A stretch of 64,000 bases of DNA, from NCBI GenBank assembly GCA_934621485.1, contig CAKTUS010000002.1, forward strand, positions 12,656-76,655. Reading direction: 5' to 3'. The stretch is from an uncultured Clostridia bacterium. Its GTDB lineage: Bacteria; Bacillota; Clostridia; Christensenellales; Aristaeellaceae. Positions 56,211 to 64,000 of this stretch are shown piece after piece. The notes below the pieces were generated by a model that made no database searches, was not told the DNA's origin, and saw only the letters and a program-made list of their open reading frames with translations. The position numbers and the translations under genes are program-made. The first letter of the stretch is position 1; every line of letters begins with the position of its first letter.

Positions 56211-56273
56211 GATCATTCTCCTTTCCTGAAGCATGAATCCAGTGCATCCTATGCGTCTTTCCGAAAAAGAGTG

Positions 56274-56325
56274 CCTAAAAAAACATGCCTGACGGCTTCC
56301 GCTTGAGCGGCGTCAGGCATGTTTT
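56274..56325 (-). terminator. Rho-independent terminator after the HAD hydrolase gene
   Basis: On the minus strand: acatgcctgacg..cgtcaggcatgt forms a 12-bp stem followed by TTTTTTT. Confidence 0.85.
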
Positions 56326-56335
56326 GCTTCCTTCG

Positions 56336-56971
56336 TTATTGTTCTTGGCTCATCAGCGCGCCGGCCAGCTGGCTCAGATCCCGAAACCGCAACGCCACGG
56401 GATAATCCGCATAGTATCCCTCCGGATCAAACAGGATGCCTTCCATCCCGGCGTTGCGGCCCGCCTGCACATCAATGGGACGATCGCCAATCATGGCGCA
56501 GTTTTCCGGTTGTAAGCCGTTGCGGGCCATCAACGCCAGCAGCGCTTCCGGGGATGGTTTGTCAGGAAAACCGTCCGTTCGCAGCACTGCATCGGAAAAC
56601 AGGCGCCACAGTCCGTCCTGCTGAAGCTTCTCAATCGCCAAATGGTCCCGATGGGTATACAGGTAATGGCTGAAACCCGCTTCATGCAAGCTTTCCAGGC
56701 ATTGCCGAAGATGAGGATAGGGGGCGAACTCACGGTCTGCCGCGTGTTCTCTGGCGAAGGCGGCCATAATGAGCTGCACATCCGTCCCGGCCAATGCAGC
56801 GCAACGGCTGGCCGCCTCAAACACGGATTTTTTCAGCCAGCGCATAGCGTTTTCCGAAGATACCAGGCCATGCAGGCCCAGCTGATCCAGCGCTTTCAAA
56901 AAAGAACGAAGCACCTCGGGATAGGAGTTGTACAAGGTGCCGTCAAAATCCCAAAACAGGCGCCGAATCAC
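56336..56971 (-). CDS. HAD-IA family hydrolase (phosphatase)
   Basis: The DxD motif FWDFDGTLY and the C-terminal GDRPIDVQAG are present. The GTG start at 56971 overlaps the upstream stop (GTGA). Confidence 0.8.
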   Translation of the reverse strand: MIRRLFWDFDGTLYNSYPEVLRSFLKALDQLGLHGLVSSENAMRWLKKSVFEAASRCAALAGTDVQLIMAAFAREHAADREFAPYPHLRQCLESLHEAGFSHYLYTHRDHLAIEKLQQDGLWRLFSDAVLRTDGFPDKPSPEALLALMARNGLQPENCAMIGDRPIDVQAGRNAGMEGILFDPEGYYADYPVALRFRDLSQLAGALMSQEQ

Positions 56972-58347
56972 TTTTCGCCGCCTTCCTCGGCCGGAGAGGG
57001 CAGAACCTTGCTGACCAACGCCTTTTCCACCCGATGGTCGCAAATGCTCTCCACCTGGATATGCAGCCCGTACATGGTTACCGCAGGCGTACTGCCCTCC
57101 TCCGGGATGCTGGAAAAGGAGCTGAACACCATGCCGCCCAGAGTATCGTATTCCTGATCCAAGGGCAGCTCTACCCCCAGGGTTTCCGACAGGGTTTCCA
57201 AGTCCACCGTACCGTTTACGCGCCACAGGTTGTCGCCCAGTTTTTCGATTTCGTTATCCTCTTTGGGGTCAAACTCATCGTAGATATTCCCGACGATTTC
57301 CTCCAGCAGGTCTTCCATGGTCACAATACCGCTCATTCCGCCGTATTCATCCACCACCACCGCCAAATGCACCTTTTGCTTTTGCATATTGGAAAACAGC
57401 GTATCTGCCGGCACGGTTTCCGGCACCATGTAAGCGCTTCGAAGCAGCTGGCGCACGGTACGCGGATGCTCCATTTGAGCGTTAAGCAAAAAGTCGCGGG
57501 TGTTTAAGATGCCGATGATATCGTCAATATCCGTATCATACACCGGGAAACGGCTCAAGCCGCTCTCGCGAATGGTTTTCAGGATTTCCTCATTGCTGTC
57601 CCCCACATGCAGGGCCACTACATCCATGCGGTGCACCATCACATCGGCAGCCGTGGTGTTGTTAAACTCAAAAATGTTTTCAATCATGGCGCGTTCATCC
57701 TGCTCGATCGCGCCGGATTCTCCCCCCATGTCCACCATCAGGCGGATTTCCTCTTCCGTTACCTCGTCAGCCGTTTCGTTCGGGTTCACGCCAAACAGGC
57801 GCAGCGCGCCGTTGGTGCTTACGCTCAAAAGCCACACCAGCGGGGCAAAAAACCTGGATACGCCCAAAATGACGCTGCAGGAAAAATACGCCACTTTTTC
57901 CGGGTTTTGCAGGGCGATACGCTTGGGTACAAGCTCGCCCAGCACAATCATGAAATAGCTGAGAATGAGCGTAATGACGACCATACACACGGTGCGCAAA
58001 ACCGCTGGCGTAAACAGCGTAAAGCCTATGCCCGTCAACCCGTCCGCCAGCTTGGTGGCAAAGCTGTCCGATGCAAAGGCGCTGGCCAGGAACCCGCTCA
58101 GGGTGATGCAAACCTGAATGGTAGACAAAAAACGGGTGGGCGATTCGATCATCTTCAGCAGTTTCTTCGCCTTCGCGCCGCCTTCCTCGGCCTGTTTGCG
58201 AATTTTGTTTTCATTGAGCGATACAACCGCCGTTTCCGTGGCGGCAAAAAATGCGTTGGTCAGAATAAGCGCCGTCTGAAGCAGCAACTGACTGCCTATG
58301 GGGTCGTCCAAGAAAATACCCTCCTTATTGGGTGCGGCGAACCGCAA
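56968..58347 (-). CDS. CNNM/CorC-HlyC family transporter (DUF21-CBS pair-CorC_HlyC)
   Basis: The N-terminal 4-TM DUF21 (NAFFAATETAVVSL), a CBS pair and a C-terminal CorC_HlyC-like domain are present. Confidence 0.9.
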   Translation of the reverse strand: MRFAAPNKEGIFLDDPIGSQLLLQTALILTNAFFAATETAVVSLNENKIRKQAEEGGAKAKKLLKMIESPTRFLSTIQVCITLSGFLASAFASDSFATKLADGLTGIGFTLFTPAVLRTVCMVVITLILSYFMIVLGELVPKRIALQNPEKVAYFSCSVILGVSRFFAPLVWLLSVSTNGALRLFGVNPNETADEVTEEEIRLMVDMGGESGAIEQDERAMIENIFEFNNTTAADVMVHRMDVVALHVGDSNEEILKTIRESGLSRFPVYDTDIDDIIGILNTRDFLLNAQMEHPRTVRQLLRSAYMVPETVPADTLFSNMQKQKVHLAVVVDEYGGMSGIVTMEDLLEEIVGNIYDEFDPKEDNEIEKLGDNLWRVNGTVDLETLSETLGVELPLDQEYDTLGGMVFSSFSSIPEEGSTPAVTMYGLHIQVESICDHRVEKALVSKVLPSPAEEGGEK

Positions 58348-58388
58348 GATGGTTTATTATAGCATGAAGCAGGAAAAAATGCACCTGT

Positions 58389-59435
58389 TTATTTGTCGGA
58401 AGTGCTCATGATGGCCAGGTTCAGCGTAAAAGTATCCTCCCCATCCCGCAGTTTTCGAGCCATCACCAGCAGGCGCTTGTTTTCATCACTGCCTACGCAG
58501 GTGGACAAAGTCAGCAAACGGTCGCCTGGCTCCACCTCCACATTGCAGCGATAATGGGACAGCGCCTCCGCCTTTTTCACATATTCTGTAAACGCCTCCA
58601 CTCTGGAAAAGCGGCTGTAACTCCAAAAAGGCAAATAATCCGATTGGCCGGCCCGAATATCCACTTCGCAAACGGCAAAAATCACATAGGTGCCGTTTTC
58701 ATAAATGGTATTAAACTCAATGAAGGGATGGGCGCGATAGAAGGAGGCGTCCTTTACCTTGTACATTTTCAGCGCGCCAAACATGGCGCCCTCTTTCATG
58801 TTATGTCCATGCACCACCATTTGCGTGGGCACTTTTTTCAAATCACAGCTTTCGTCCAGAAACAGCGCGCCGGTCAGGCTTTGCTGCCCAAGCGCATTGT
58901 GGGTCAAATAGTAGCTGTTATCGCGCTGCACCACACATTCCGCCAGCACGCCGTCAATTTTCAAATAGGCCACGATATCGCGATTCTGCTTTTGCAATTC
59001 GTAAAACGAGGAGGCCACGCGCAACGATCGGTTGCCCGCGTATTCCGTAGGCCATAGGGTTTCGGGCCCCGGTGTGGGCGTGGGGGCCGCCGTGACCGCA
59101 GCGGCGGCCAGTGGCTGCTGCGTAGCGGCAGGGGCAGGGCTGGGAGTGGGCGTCTGCGTGGGAGTCTGCGTTTCCTCCTGCTGGCTTTGTTCATAGAGAT
59201 TCACCAGCTCCGCGCCTACTTTTTTGGAAGCGGCAATGCCTGCATAGTAACGAATCAGCAGGGTTGCGCAGGTCACAAACACAATGGCGCATGCAGCCAT
59301 TCCCAACCAAAACAAGCGGGTATGCGCCTGCTTGGGCGAACGTTTTTTGGCTTTTTGCGGCTGATTTTCTACATATTGGGTCTGCGGATAGTAACCAACC
59401 CGCTGCTGGCGATGCTCCGGCTGCTTCAAACGCAA
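58389..59435 (-). CDS. srtB: Class B sortase with an N-terminal TM anchor and Thr/Pro-rich linker
   Basis: IVAYLKIDGV.., HGHNMKEGAMFG and the catalytic TLSTC motif are present. Confidence 0.85.
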   Translation of the reverse strand: MRLKQPEHRQQRVGYYPQTQYVENQPQKAKKRSPKQAHTRLFWLGMAACAIVFVTCATLLIRYYAGIAASKKVGAELVNLYEQSQQEETQTPTQTPTPSPAPAATQQPLAAAAVTAAPTPTPGPETLWPTEYAGNRSLRVASSFYELQKQNRDIVAYLKIDGVLAECVVQRDNSYYLTHNALGQQSLTGALFLDESCDLKKVPTQMVVHGHNMKEGAMFGALKMYKVKDASFYRAHPFIEFNTIYENGTYVIFAVCEVDIRAGQSDYLPFWSYSRFSRVEAFTEYVKKAEALSHYRCNVEVEPGDRLLTLSTCVGSDENKRLLVMARKLRDGEDTFTLNLAIMSTSDK

Positions 59436-59521
59436 TCCGCTCCTTTCTGATAAAAGCTTTTTCTATTATAATACCGCCGCTTTCAAAAGTCTACGTTTTC
59501 AAAAAGAATCTTCCAAAACCC

Positions 59522-59550
59522 TTGCGTTTTGCGAAGCAGTCATGTAAAAT
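59522..59550 (+). promoter_or_regulatory. Promoter of the SRP RNA gene
   Basis: TTGCGT-17 nt-TAAAAT ends about 7 nt before the predicted 5' end of the RNA. Confidence 0.6.
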
Positions 59551-59556
59551 AGATGA

Positions 59557-59684
59557 GCCAAGTATATGATGACGGTTGAGTCCTGTGCGATTTCAGCGCG
59601 TGAACCCTGTCAGGTCCGGAAGGAAGCAGCAGTAAGCGCAGTCTGGAATGTGCTGCGGGGTTGCTCTGCCTGAGTATGCTTGGT
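59557..59684 (+). ncRNA. ffs: Signal recognition particle RNA (small 4.5S-like type)
   Basis: It contains the universally conserved domain IV sequence ccctgtcaggtccggaaggaagcagca. The terminal stem ccaagtata/tatgcttgg closes the molecule. A T-run (59684-59690) follows. The ends are approximate. Confidence 0.8.
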
Positions 59685-59713
59685 TTTTTTCTTGCACAAG
59701 GGAGGGCTGAAAC

Positions 59714-60085
59714 ATGAGCGGTACATCCGTCAGCCGTTACGCTAAAGGCATTATGGGAGAGGATGCAGCCTGCGCTTACCTGTGCGGCCAGGGCATGCGG
59801 ACGGTGTGCCGCCGCTATCGGGGCGGCGGAGGCGAAATTGACCTGATTATGCTGGATGGCGACATACTGGCGCTGGTGGAGGTAAAAACCCGGGAAAAGG
59901 GCAATTGGCAAACGGCCCAATGGGCCGTAACCCCCGCGAAGCAGCGGCGCATCATCAACGCTGCCCGCGCCTATTTGGGCCAGCATCCCGAGCACGGCGA
60001 CCGTTTGATTCGCTTTGATGTGGTAACAGTTGCGCCGGACGGCGTTTGTCATCTTCCCAACGCATTTTCGGGAACAGAGTGGTAA
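59714..60085 (+). CDS. yraN: YraN family (UPF0102) endonuclease-like protein
   Basis: GEDAACAYL..GYR..RYR..GEIDLIM.....LALVEVKTR is the typical YraN pattern. Confidence 0.85.
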   Translation: MSGTSVSRYAKGIMGEDAACAYLCGQGMRTVCRRYRGGGGEIDLIMLDGDILALVEVKTREKGNWQTAQWAVTPAKQRRIINAARAYLGQHPEHGDRLIRFDVVTVAPDGVCHLPNAFSGTEW

Positions 60086-60296
60086 ACCGCCTTTTATCCG
60101 GGTTTTCGATTTCGTGTGCAATGACAACTCGTCCGGCAGATGAAAGATTGCTTTGTTTTGGGAAAGGAAACCGCAGGCCGCCGGGGGATGGGAATATAAC
60201 AACCGCTTGCTGCGCATGGCCAGAGTATTGCCTTTGAGAAACACTGCAAACCCAGTCCTCCAGTTTTTTCGAGAGCAAAAGTATCTGCCCTGCGTT

Positions 60297-62405
60297 CTAT
60301 TCTCCCTTTCGCTGAAAGGTTACCCGGCCGTTCTGATAGCGCAGCGTGCCGGTGGAGCCACGCACGCTGCCATCCGAAGCATTCAGCAGCGCTCTGACGA
60401 TTTTGGCGTTCAATTCCGGCCCGCCGGCCCCTACAACTGCGTTTTTCCACAGGGTAAAGCTACAGCCTTCCCGCCAACGGGAGCAGCCGAACGCCTTGCT
60501 GTTTTCTGTTATTTTTCCCCGTCCACACAAGGGGCAGGGAAGCTCCATCTGCTTTGACGAGCGTTTTTTCCCCTTTGTTCGCCGCTGTTCGGCTTCAAAG
60601 GGAACCGGCGGCGCCTGGTTTGCCGCGTATTCCACCAGGAAAGCAGCCAGGCGACGAATCCCGTCCAAAAAGCGGCTTTCATCTCCTGTTCCCCGAGCGA
60701 TTTTTTCCAGCGCAAGCTCCCACTTGCCGGTTGTCTCCGGCGAGGCGATGTCCGGCGGCACCGCCTCAATGAGCCGAACGCCTTTTGGCGTGGCCAGAAT
60801 TTGCCGCCCCTTGCGCCTGGCGTAGCCTACGGCAATCAATCGTTCGATGATGGCGGCCCGGGTGGCCGGCGTGCCCAAGGAGCAGCCTCTCATTTGCTCC
60901 CGTAGTTCTTCATCCTCAAACTGGCGGCCTGCGTGTTCCATTTCCGAAAGCAGACTGGCGTCGGTATGCTCCTTGGGCGGTTTGGTTTGGTCGCTTTTCA
61001 CCTGCGTTTTGGCAACGGTACGTTCCTCCCCCTTGCGCAAGGGAGGCAGCTGGGCTTCCTCTTCCTTTTTATCCTTCTGCTTGGGCTGGTGGTCCCGGTA
61101 GACCGCCTTAAAGCCCTCTTGTAAAACAGCGACTCCATTTGACAAAAATCGTTCTCCCTCGCTTTCTGTAACCACGCGGATTGCGTTGTACACATAGGGA
61201 GGGTAAAACGCCGCGACAACCCGGCGGGCAATCAAATCAAACAGCTTGGCTTCCTCTGGGGTCAAGGCGTCAAGGTTCGCTTTTTTTCCCGTTGGAATGA
61301 TGGCGTGGTGATCCGTCAGTTTCGCGTCGTCAAAAATACGCCTGGTCATAGGAACGGGTTTTTCCAGCAAAGGCGCGGCCAACTCGTTCAGCGGCGGCGG
61401 CAGCGACGCCCAGGCTTTTTTTACCGACGGGCCCATATCATGAGACAGATACCGGCTATCCGTGCGAGGGTAAGTAATCAGTTTGCGCTTTTCATATAGG
61501 CTCTGAGCGGTTTTCAGGGTTTTGTCCGCCGTAAAGCCCAAAAGGTTGCTCGCCTCCCGCTGCAAAGTGGTCAGATCATACAGTTGCGGCGGCGCTTCCC
61601 GCTTTTCCTCCTGCGTAACGGAGAGCACGCATGCCTTTTGGCCCCGCACCTTATCCGCAATGGCCTGCGCCTGCTCCTGGGTTTTGATTTTTTTGACAAA
61701 ACCCGGTTGCTGGCCGTCGAACCACGTCCCCTGATAATCCTGAAAGCCGGCCAGCACCAGAAAATATGGTTCCGGCTGAAAACTGTCTATTTCCCTGCGC
61801 CGCTTCACCAGCAGGTTTAGCGTAGGCGTTTGCACCCGGCCAACGGACAGCAGTACATCGTAGCGCAGCGTAAAAGCCCGGCTGGCGTTCATGCCCACCA
61901 GCCAATCCGCCTCCGAACGGCAACGCGCACTTTGATATAAGCTGTCATACTCGCTGCCGGGGCGCAGGCTGGCAAAGCCGCTGCGAATGGCCTCGTCGGT
62001 CATGGAAGAAATCCACAGCCGCTGAAAAGGCTTTTGGCAACCCGCCATTTGATAAATGTAGCGAAAAATGAGTTCGCCTTCCCGACCGGAGTCGGTAGCG
62101 CAAATCACGCGGTCCGTTTCCCTGCCATTCATCAGTTTCTTGACAATGGCAAACTGTTTTCGGGTTTTGGGCAACACCTTCAACGCCATTTGCTGTGGCA
62201 AAATCGGCAAATCCTCCCTGCGCCAGCGCTTATAGCGTTCGTCCAGTTCTTCCGGCTCCTGCAGGCTGACCAAATGACCAATGGCCCAGGTTACTACATA
62301 GCCGTTGCCCCGCAGGCATCCCTCTCCACCTGTCTTTGCTCCCAGCACCCTGGCAATATCCCGTGCCACGGAAGGCTTTTCCGCCACTACCAGCGTATCC
62401 GCCAT
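60297..62405 (-). CDS. topB: DNA topoisomerase III
   Basis: The TOPRIM N-terminus (LVVAEKPSVARDIA), the catalytic region ITYPRTDSRYL, and C-terminal zinc ribbons (CPLCG...CSRWREGC) are present. Confidence 0.93.
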   Translation of the reverse strand: MADTLVVAEKPSVARDIARVLGAKTGGEGCLRGNGYVVTWAIGHLVSLQEPEELDERYKRWRREDLPILPQQMALKVLPKTRKQFAIVKKLMNGRETDRVICATDSGREGELIFRYIYQMAGCQKPFQRLWISSMTDEAIRSGFASLRPGSEYDSLYQSARCRSEADWLVGMNASRAFTLRYDVLLSVGRVQTPTLNLLVKRRREIDSFQPEPYFLVLAGFQDYQGTWFDGQQPGFVKKIKTQEQAQAIADKVRGQKACVLSVTQEEKREAPPQLYDLTTLQREASNLLGFTADKTLKTAQSLYEKRKLITYPRTDSRYLSHDMGPSVKKAWASLPPPLNELAAPLLEKPVPMTRRIFDDAKLTDHHAIIPTGKKANLDALTPEEAKLFDLIARRVVAAFYPPYVYNAIRVVTESEGERFLSNGVAVLQEGFKAVYRDHQPKQKDKKEEEAQLPPLRKGEERTVAKTQVKSDQTKPPKEHTDASLLSEMEHAGRQFEDEELREQMRGCSLGTPATRAAIIERLIAVGYARRKGRQILATPKGVRLIEAVPPDIASPETTGKWELALEKIARGTGDESRFLDGIRRLAAFLVEYAANQAPPVPFEAEQRRTKGKKRSSKQMELPCPLCGRGKITENSKAFGCSRWREGCSFTLWKNAVVGAGGPELNAKIVRALLNASDGSVRGSTGTLRYQNGRVTFQRKGE

Positions 62406-62429
62406 TGCACATGCTCCTTTATTCCCGGT

Positions 62430-62467
62430 AGATAGAAAGAAGAGGCGACCGGCTGGCCGCCTCTTCT
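62430..62467 (-). terminator. Hairpin after the carboxyltransferase gene
   Basis: agaagaggcg-10 nt-cgcctcttct. The U-run on the minus strand is weak. Confidence 0.55.
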
Positions 62468-62477
62468 GCTGCCGTCA

Positions 62478-63878
62478 TCAGACGGGCATCGTCTTTTCTT
62501 CCTTGTTGAGCATGGTGCTGTCCACACCCAGCTGCTTCGCCTGACGGTACTGGAAGTACTTGATGGCAACCTGAGGGAACAGGGCGTAGCTGAGCACGTC
62601 CTCTTCCTGCTGATAGTAGTCGCGGATTTCCTCGCGATACTTGTCAAGCTCAGGCGGGATATCGTCGGCAGGACGATGGGTGATGACCTTGTCGTCGCCG
62701 ATGCACTTCTTGCGCACTTCTTCATTCACCTCGGCGGGCAGACGGCCGTATTCGCCGCGCAGCAGTCCCTTGGATTCCTTGGTGACCATCTTGTAGCGCT
62801 CGCCGCTCAGCACGTTCATCACAGCCTGCGTGCCGACAATCTGGCTGGTGGGGGTTACCAGAGGCGGATAGCCAAAGTCCTTGCGCACACGCGGCACCTC
62901 GGCCAGCACGTCGTAGTACTTATCCATGGCGTTCGCCTGCTTCAGCTGGCCAATCAGGTTGGACAGCATGCCGCCGGGCACCTGGTACAGCAAGGTGTTG
63001 GCGTCGGTAGACAGCACGCGGGCAGGATCGCGCCAGCCAGCCTTGGTCAGGTCGGCGGCAACCGTGCGGAAGTAAGCGGCAATCTCGGTCAGCGCCTTCA
63101 GGTCCAGACCGGTGTCGTACTCGGTGCCCTGCAGCGTAGCCACCATCGACTCGGTGGTGGGCTGGGAGGTGCCGTTGCCCAGGGGGCTCAAGCAGGTATC
63201 AATCACGTCCACGCCCGCTTCCACAGCCTTGAGCAAGGTCATGGCGCCGGTACCGGTGGTATCGTGGGTGTGCAGCACGATGGGCAGATTGGTTTCCGCC
63301 TTCAGCCGCTTAATCAGGCTGTAGGCTGCATAGGGCAGCAGCAGGTTCGCCATATCCTTGATGCAGATGATATCGGCGCCCATTTCGGCAATCTGGCCGG
63401 CCAGCTTCACGAAGTAATCCTCGGTATGGACGGGGCTGATGGTATAGCTCATGGCCACTTCCGCAGTGCCGCCATATTTTTTGGTGGCTTTTACGGCGGT
63501 TTCCATGTTGCGCAGGTCGTTCAGAGCGTCGAAGCAGCGAATAATGTCGATGCCGTTTTCAATGCTCTTTTTGACAAAGAAGTCTACCACGTCGTCCGCA
63601 TAATGCTTGTAGCCCAGAATGTTCTGGCCGCGCAGCAGCATTTGCAGCTTGGTGTTGGGCATGCCCTTGCGCAGGGTGCGCAGGCGTTCCCAGGGGTCTT
63701 CATTCAGGAAGCGCAGGCAGCTGTCGAAGGTAGCGCCGCCCCAGCACTCCAGAGAATAATAACCAATTTTGTCCAGTTGGCTGAACATAGGCGCCATCTG
63801 GGCGGTGGTCATGCGCGTTGCAGCCTGGCTCTGGTGGCCGTCGCGCAGGATGGTATCTGTAATTCCAACCTTAGCCAT
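62478..63878 (-). CDS. Oxaloacetate decarboxylase alpha / carboxyltransferase 5S-type subunit (no biotinyl domain)
   Basis: The N-terminus ITDTILRDGHQS, the HMGL-like TIM barrel and a conserved C-terminal domain are present. The 466-aa protein ends before any biotin-carrier domain. Confidence 0.9.
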   Translation of the reverse strand: MAKVGITDTILRDGHQSQAATRMTTAQMAPMFSQLDKIGYYSLECWGGATFDSCLRFLNEDPWERLRTLRKGMPNTKLQMLLRGQNILGYKHYADDVVDFFVKKSIENGIDIIRCFDALNDLRNMETAVKATKKYGGTAEVAMSYTISPVHTEDYFVKLAGQIAEMGADIICIKDMANLLLPYAAYSLIKRLKAETNLPIVLHTHDTTGTGAMTLLKAVEAGVDVIDTCLSPLGNGTSQPTTESMVATLQGTEYDTGLDLKALTEIAAYFRTVAADLTKAGWRDPARVLSTDANTLLYQVPGGMLSNLIGQLKQANAMDKYYDVLAEVPRVRKDFGYPPLVTPTSQIVGTQAVMNVLSGERYKMVTKESKGLLRGEYGRLPAEVNEEVRKKCIGDDKVITHRPADDIPPELDKYREEIRDYYQQEEDVLSYALFPQVAIKYFQYRQAKQLGVDSTMLNKEEKTMPV

Positions 63879-63902
63879 TCTTTTTCACCTCTTCTAAAAC
63901 GA

Positions 63903-64000
63903 TCAGCCGAACAGGCTAAGCAGCATACCGGCGGCAATAGCGGAACCGATAACGCCAGCCACGTTGGGGCCCATGGCATGCATCAGCAGGAAGTTGCCGG
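63903..64000 (-). CDS. Na+-translocating decarboxylase beta subunit, C-terminal fragment (gene continues beyond the window)
   Basis: The reverse complement translates to [31 protein letters not shown], the characteristic OadB/GcdB/MmdB C-terminus. Confidence 0.8.
   Translation of the reverse strand, partial: GNFLLMHAMGPNVAGVIGSAIAAGMLLSLFG

Noticed and set aside
54970-56247. The Arg/Gly-rich ORFs 54970-55455 (-) and 55477-56247 (-).
   Set aside because: They are antisense to the CAP-domain gene and to its Thr/Pro-rich linker, which explains the Arg/Gly-rich translation. No start context is present. Only the in-frame 55872-56210 ORF, which has a good RBS, was kept, at low confidence.
59436-59700. 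A long Bacillus-type SRP RNA (about 270 nt with an Alu domain).
   Set aside because: A good promoter ends at 59550 and a T-run begins at 59684. The terminal stem ccaagtata/tatgcttgg closes a molecule of about 128 nt, so I called the short form. The boundaries remain approximate.
1-64000. Defence islands, CRISPR arrays, prophage, toxin-antitoxin pairs and biosynthetic gene clusters.
   Set aside because: Every substantial ORF was assignable to housekeeping, envelope, transport or sporulation functions, or to an isolated hypothetical protein. No cluster of unknown genes, no cas, restriction, abortive-infection or phage structural signatures, and no repeat-spacer array were seen.

Overview
GC-rich chromosomal segment from a spore-forming Firmicute. 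The class Clostridia is an inference from the gene content (CotF-like, GerM and SpoVD/SpoVE-type genes, a nifS-nifU-Rrf2 operon, and a gerM-rph-rdgB-ysnB arrangement). An Oscillospiraceae-like lineage is only a guess. The window is almost entirely core housekeeping. In order it contains:
- an ECF sigma / anti-sigma / lipoprotein operon;
- a decayed P-type ATPase next to two tRNA-Ser genes;
- an SDR oxidoreductase;
- a BMP-type purine/nucleoside ABC importer operon with an embedded adenine deaminase;
- a lipid kinase;
- nagB;
- parA-parB bracketed by three VanY/M15B-like peptidase genes;
- hflX;
- the Rrf2-nifS-nifU operon;
- ysnB-like, a fused rph-rdgB, and gerM;
- rqcH;
- a GNAT acetyltransferase;
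- a long dcw cell-division/cell-wall cluster (mraZ, ftsL-like, PBP, murE, mraY, murD, ftsW-family, murA, ftsQ, ftsA, ftsZ);
- a CNNM transporter, a class B sortase, a small SRP RNA, yraN, topB, and the end of a Na+-decarboxylase operon.

I found no CRISPR array, transposase, integrase, phage genes or recognisable defence or toxin-antitoxin genes, so I cannot point to a multi-gene novel system.

The main items worth a second look are:
1. A mosaic, hairpin-rich intergenic repeat family present at six or more loci. Its roughly 150-160 bp MITE-like core sits in opposite orientation between collinear flanks at two loci.
2. An XRE-HTH protein fused to a complete desulfoferrodoxin (superoxide reductase) module that lacks the catalytic Glu-Lys pair.
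3. An HflX GTPase with an N-terminal RadC-like JAB/MPN domain that has an intact JAMM motif.
4. A secreted stefin-like protein carrying the QVVAG cystatin motif.
5. A membrane-anchored VanY-like paralog with degenerate zinc ligands.
6. A 740-bp gene-free, structured spacer between convergent genes.

All start codons, RNA ends and functional calls come from reading the sequence and remembering family motifs. No searches were run.
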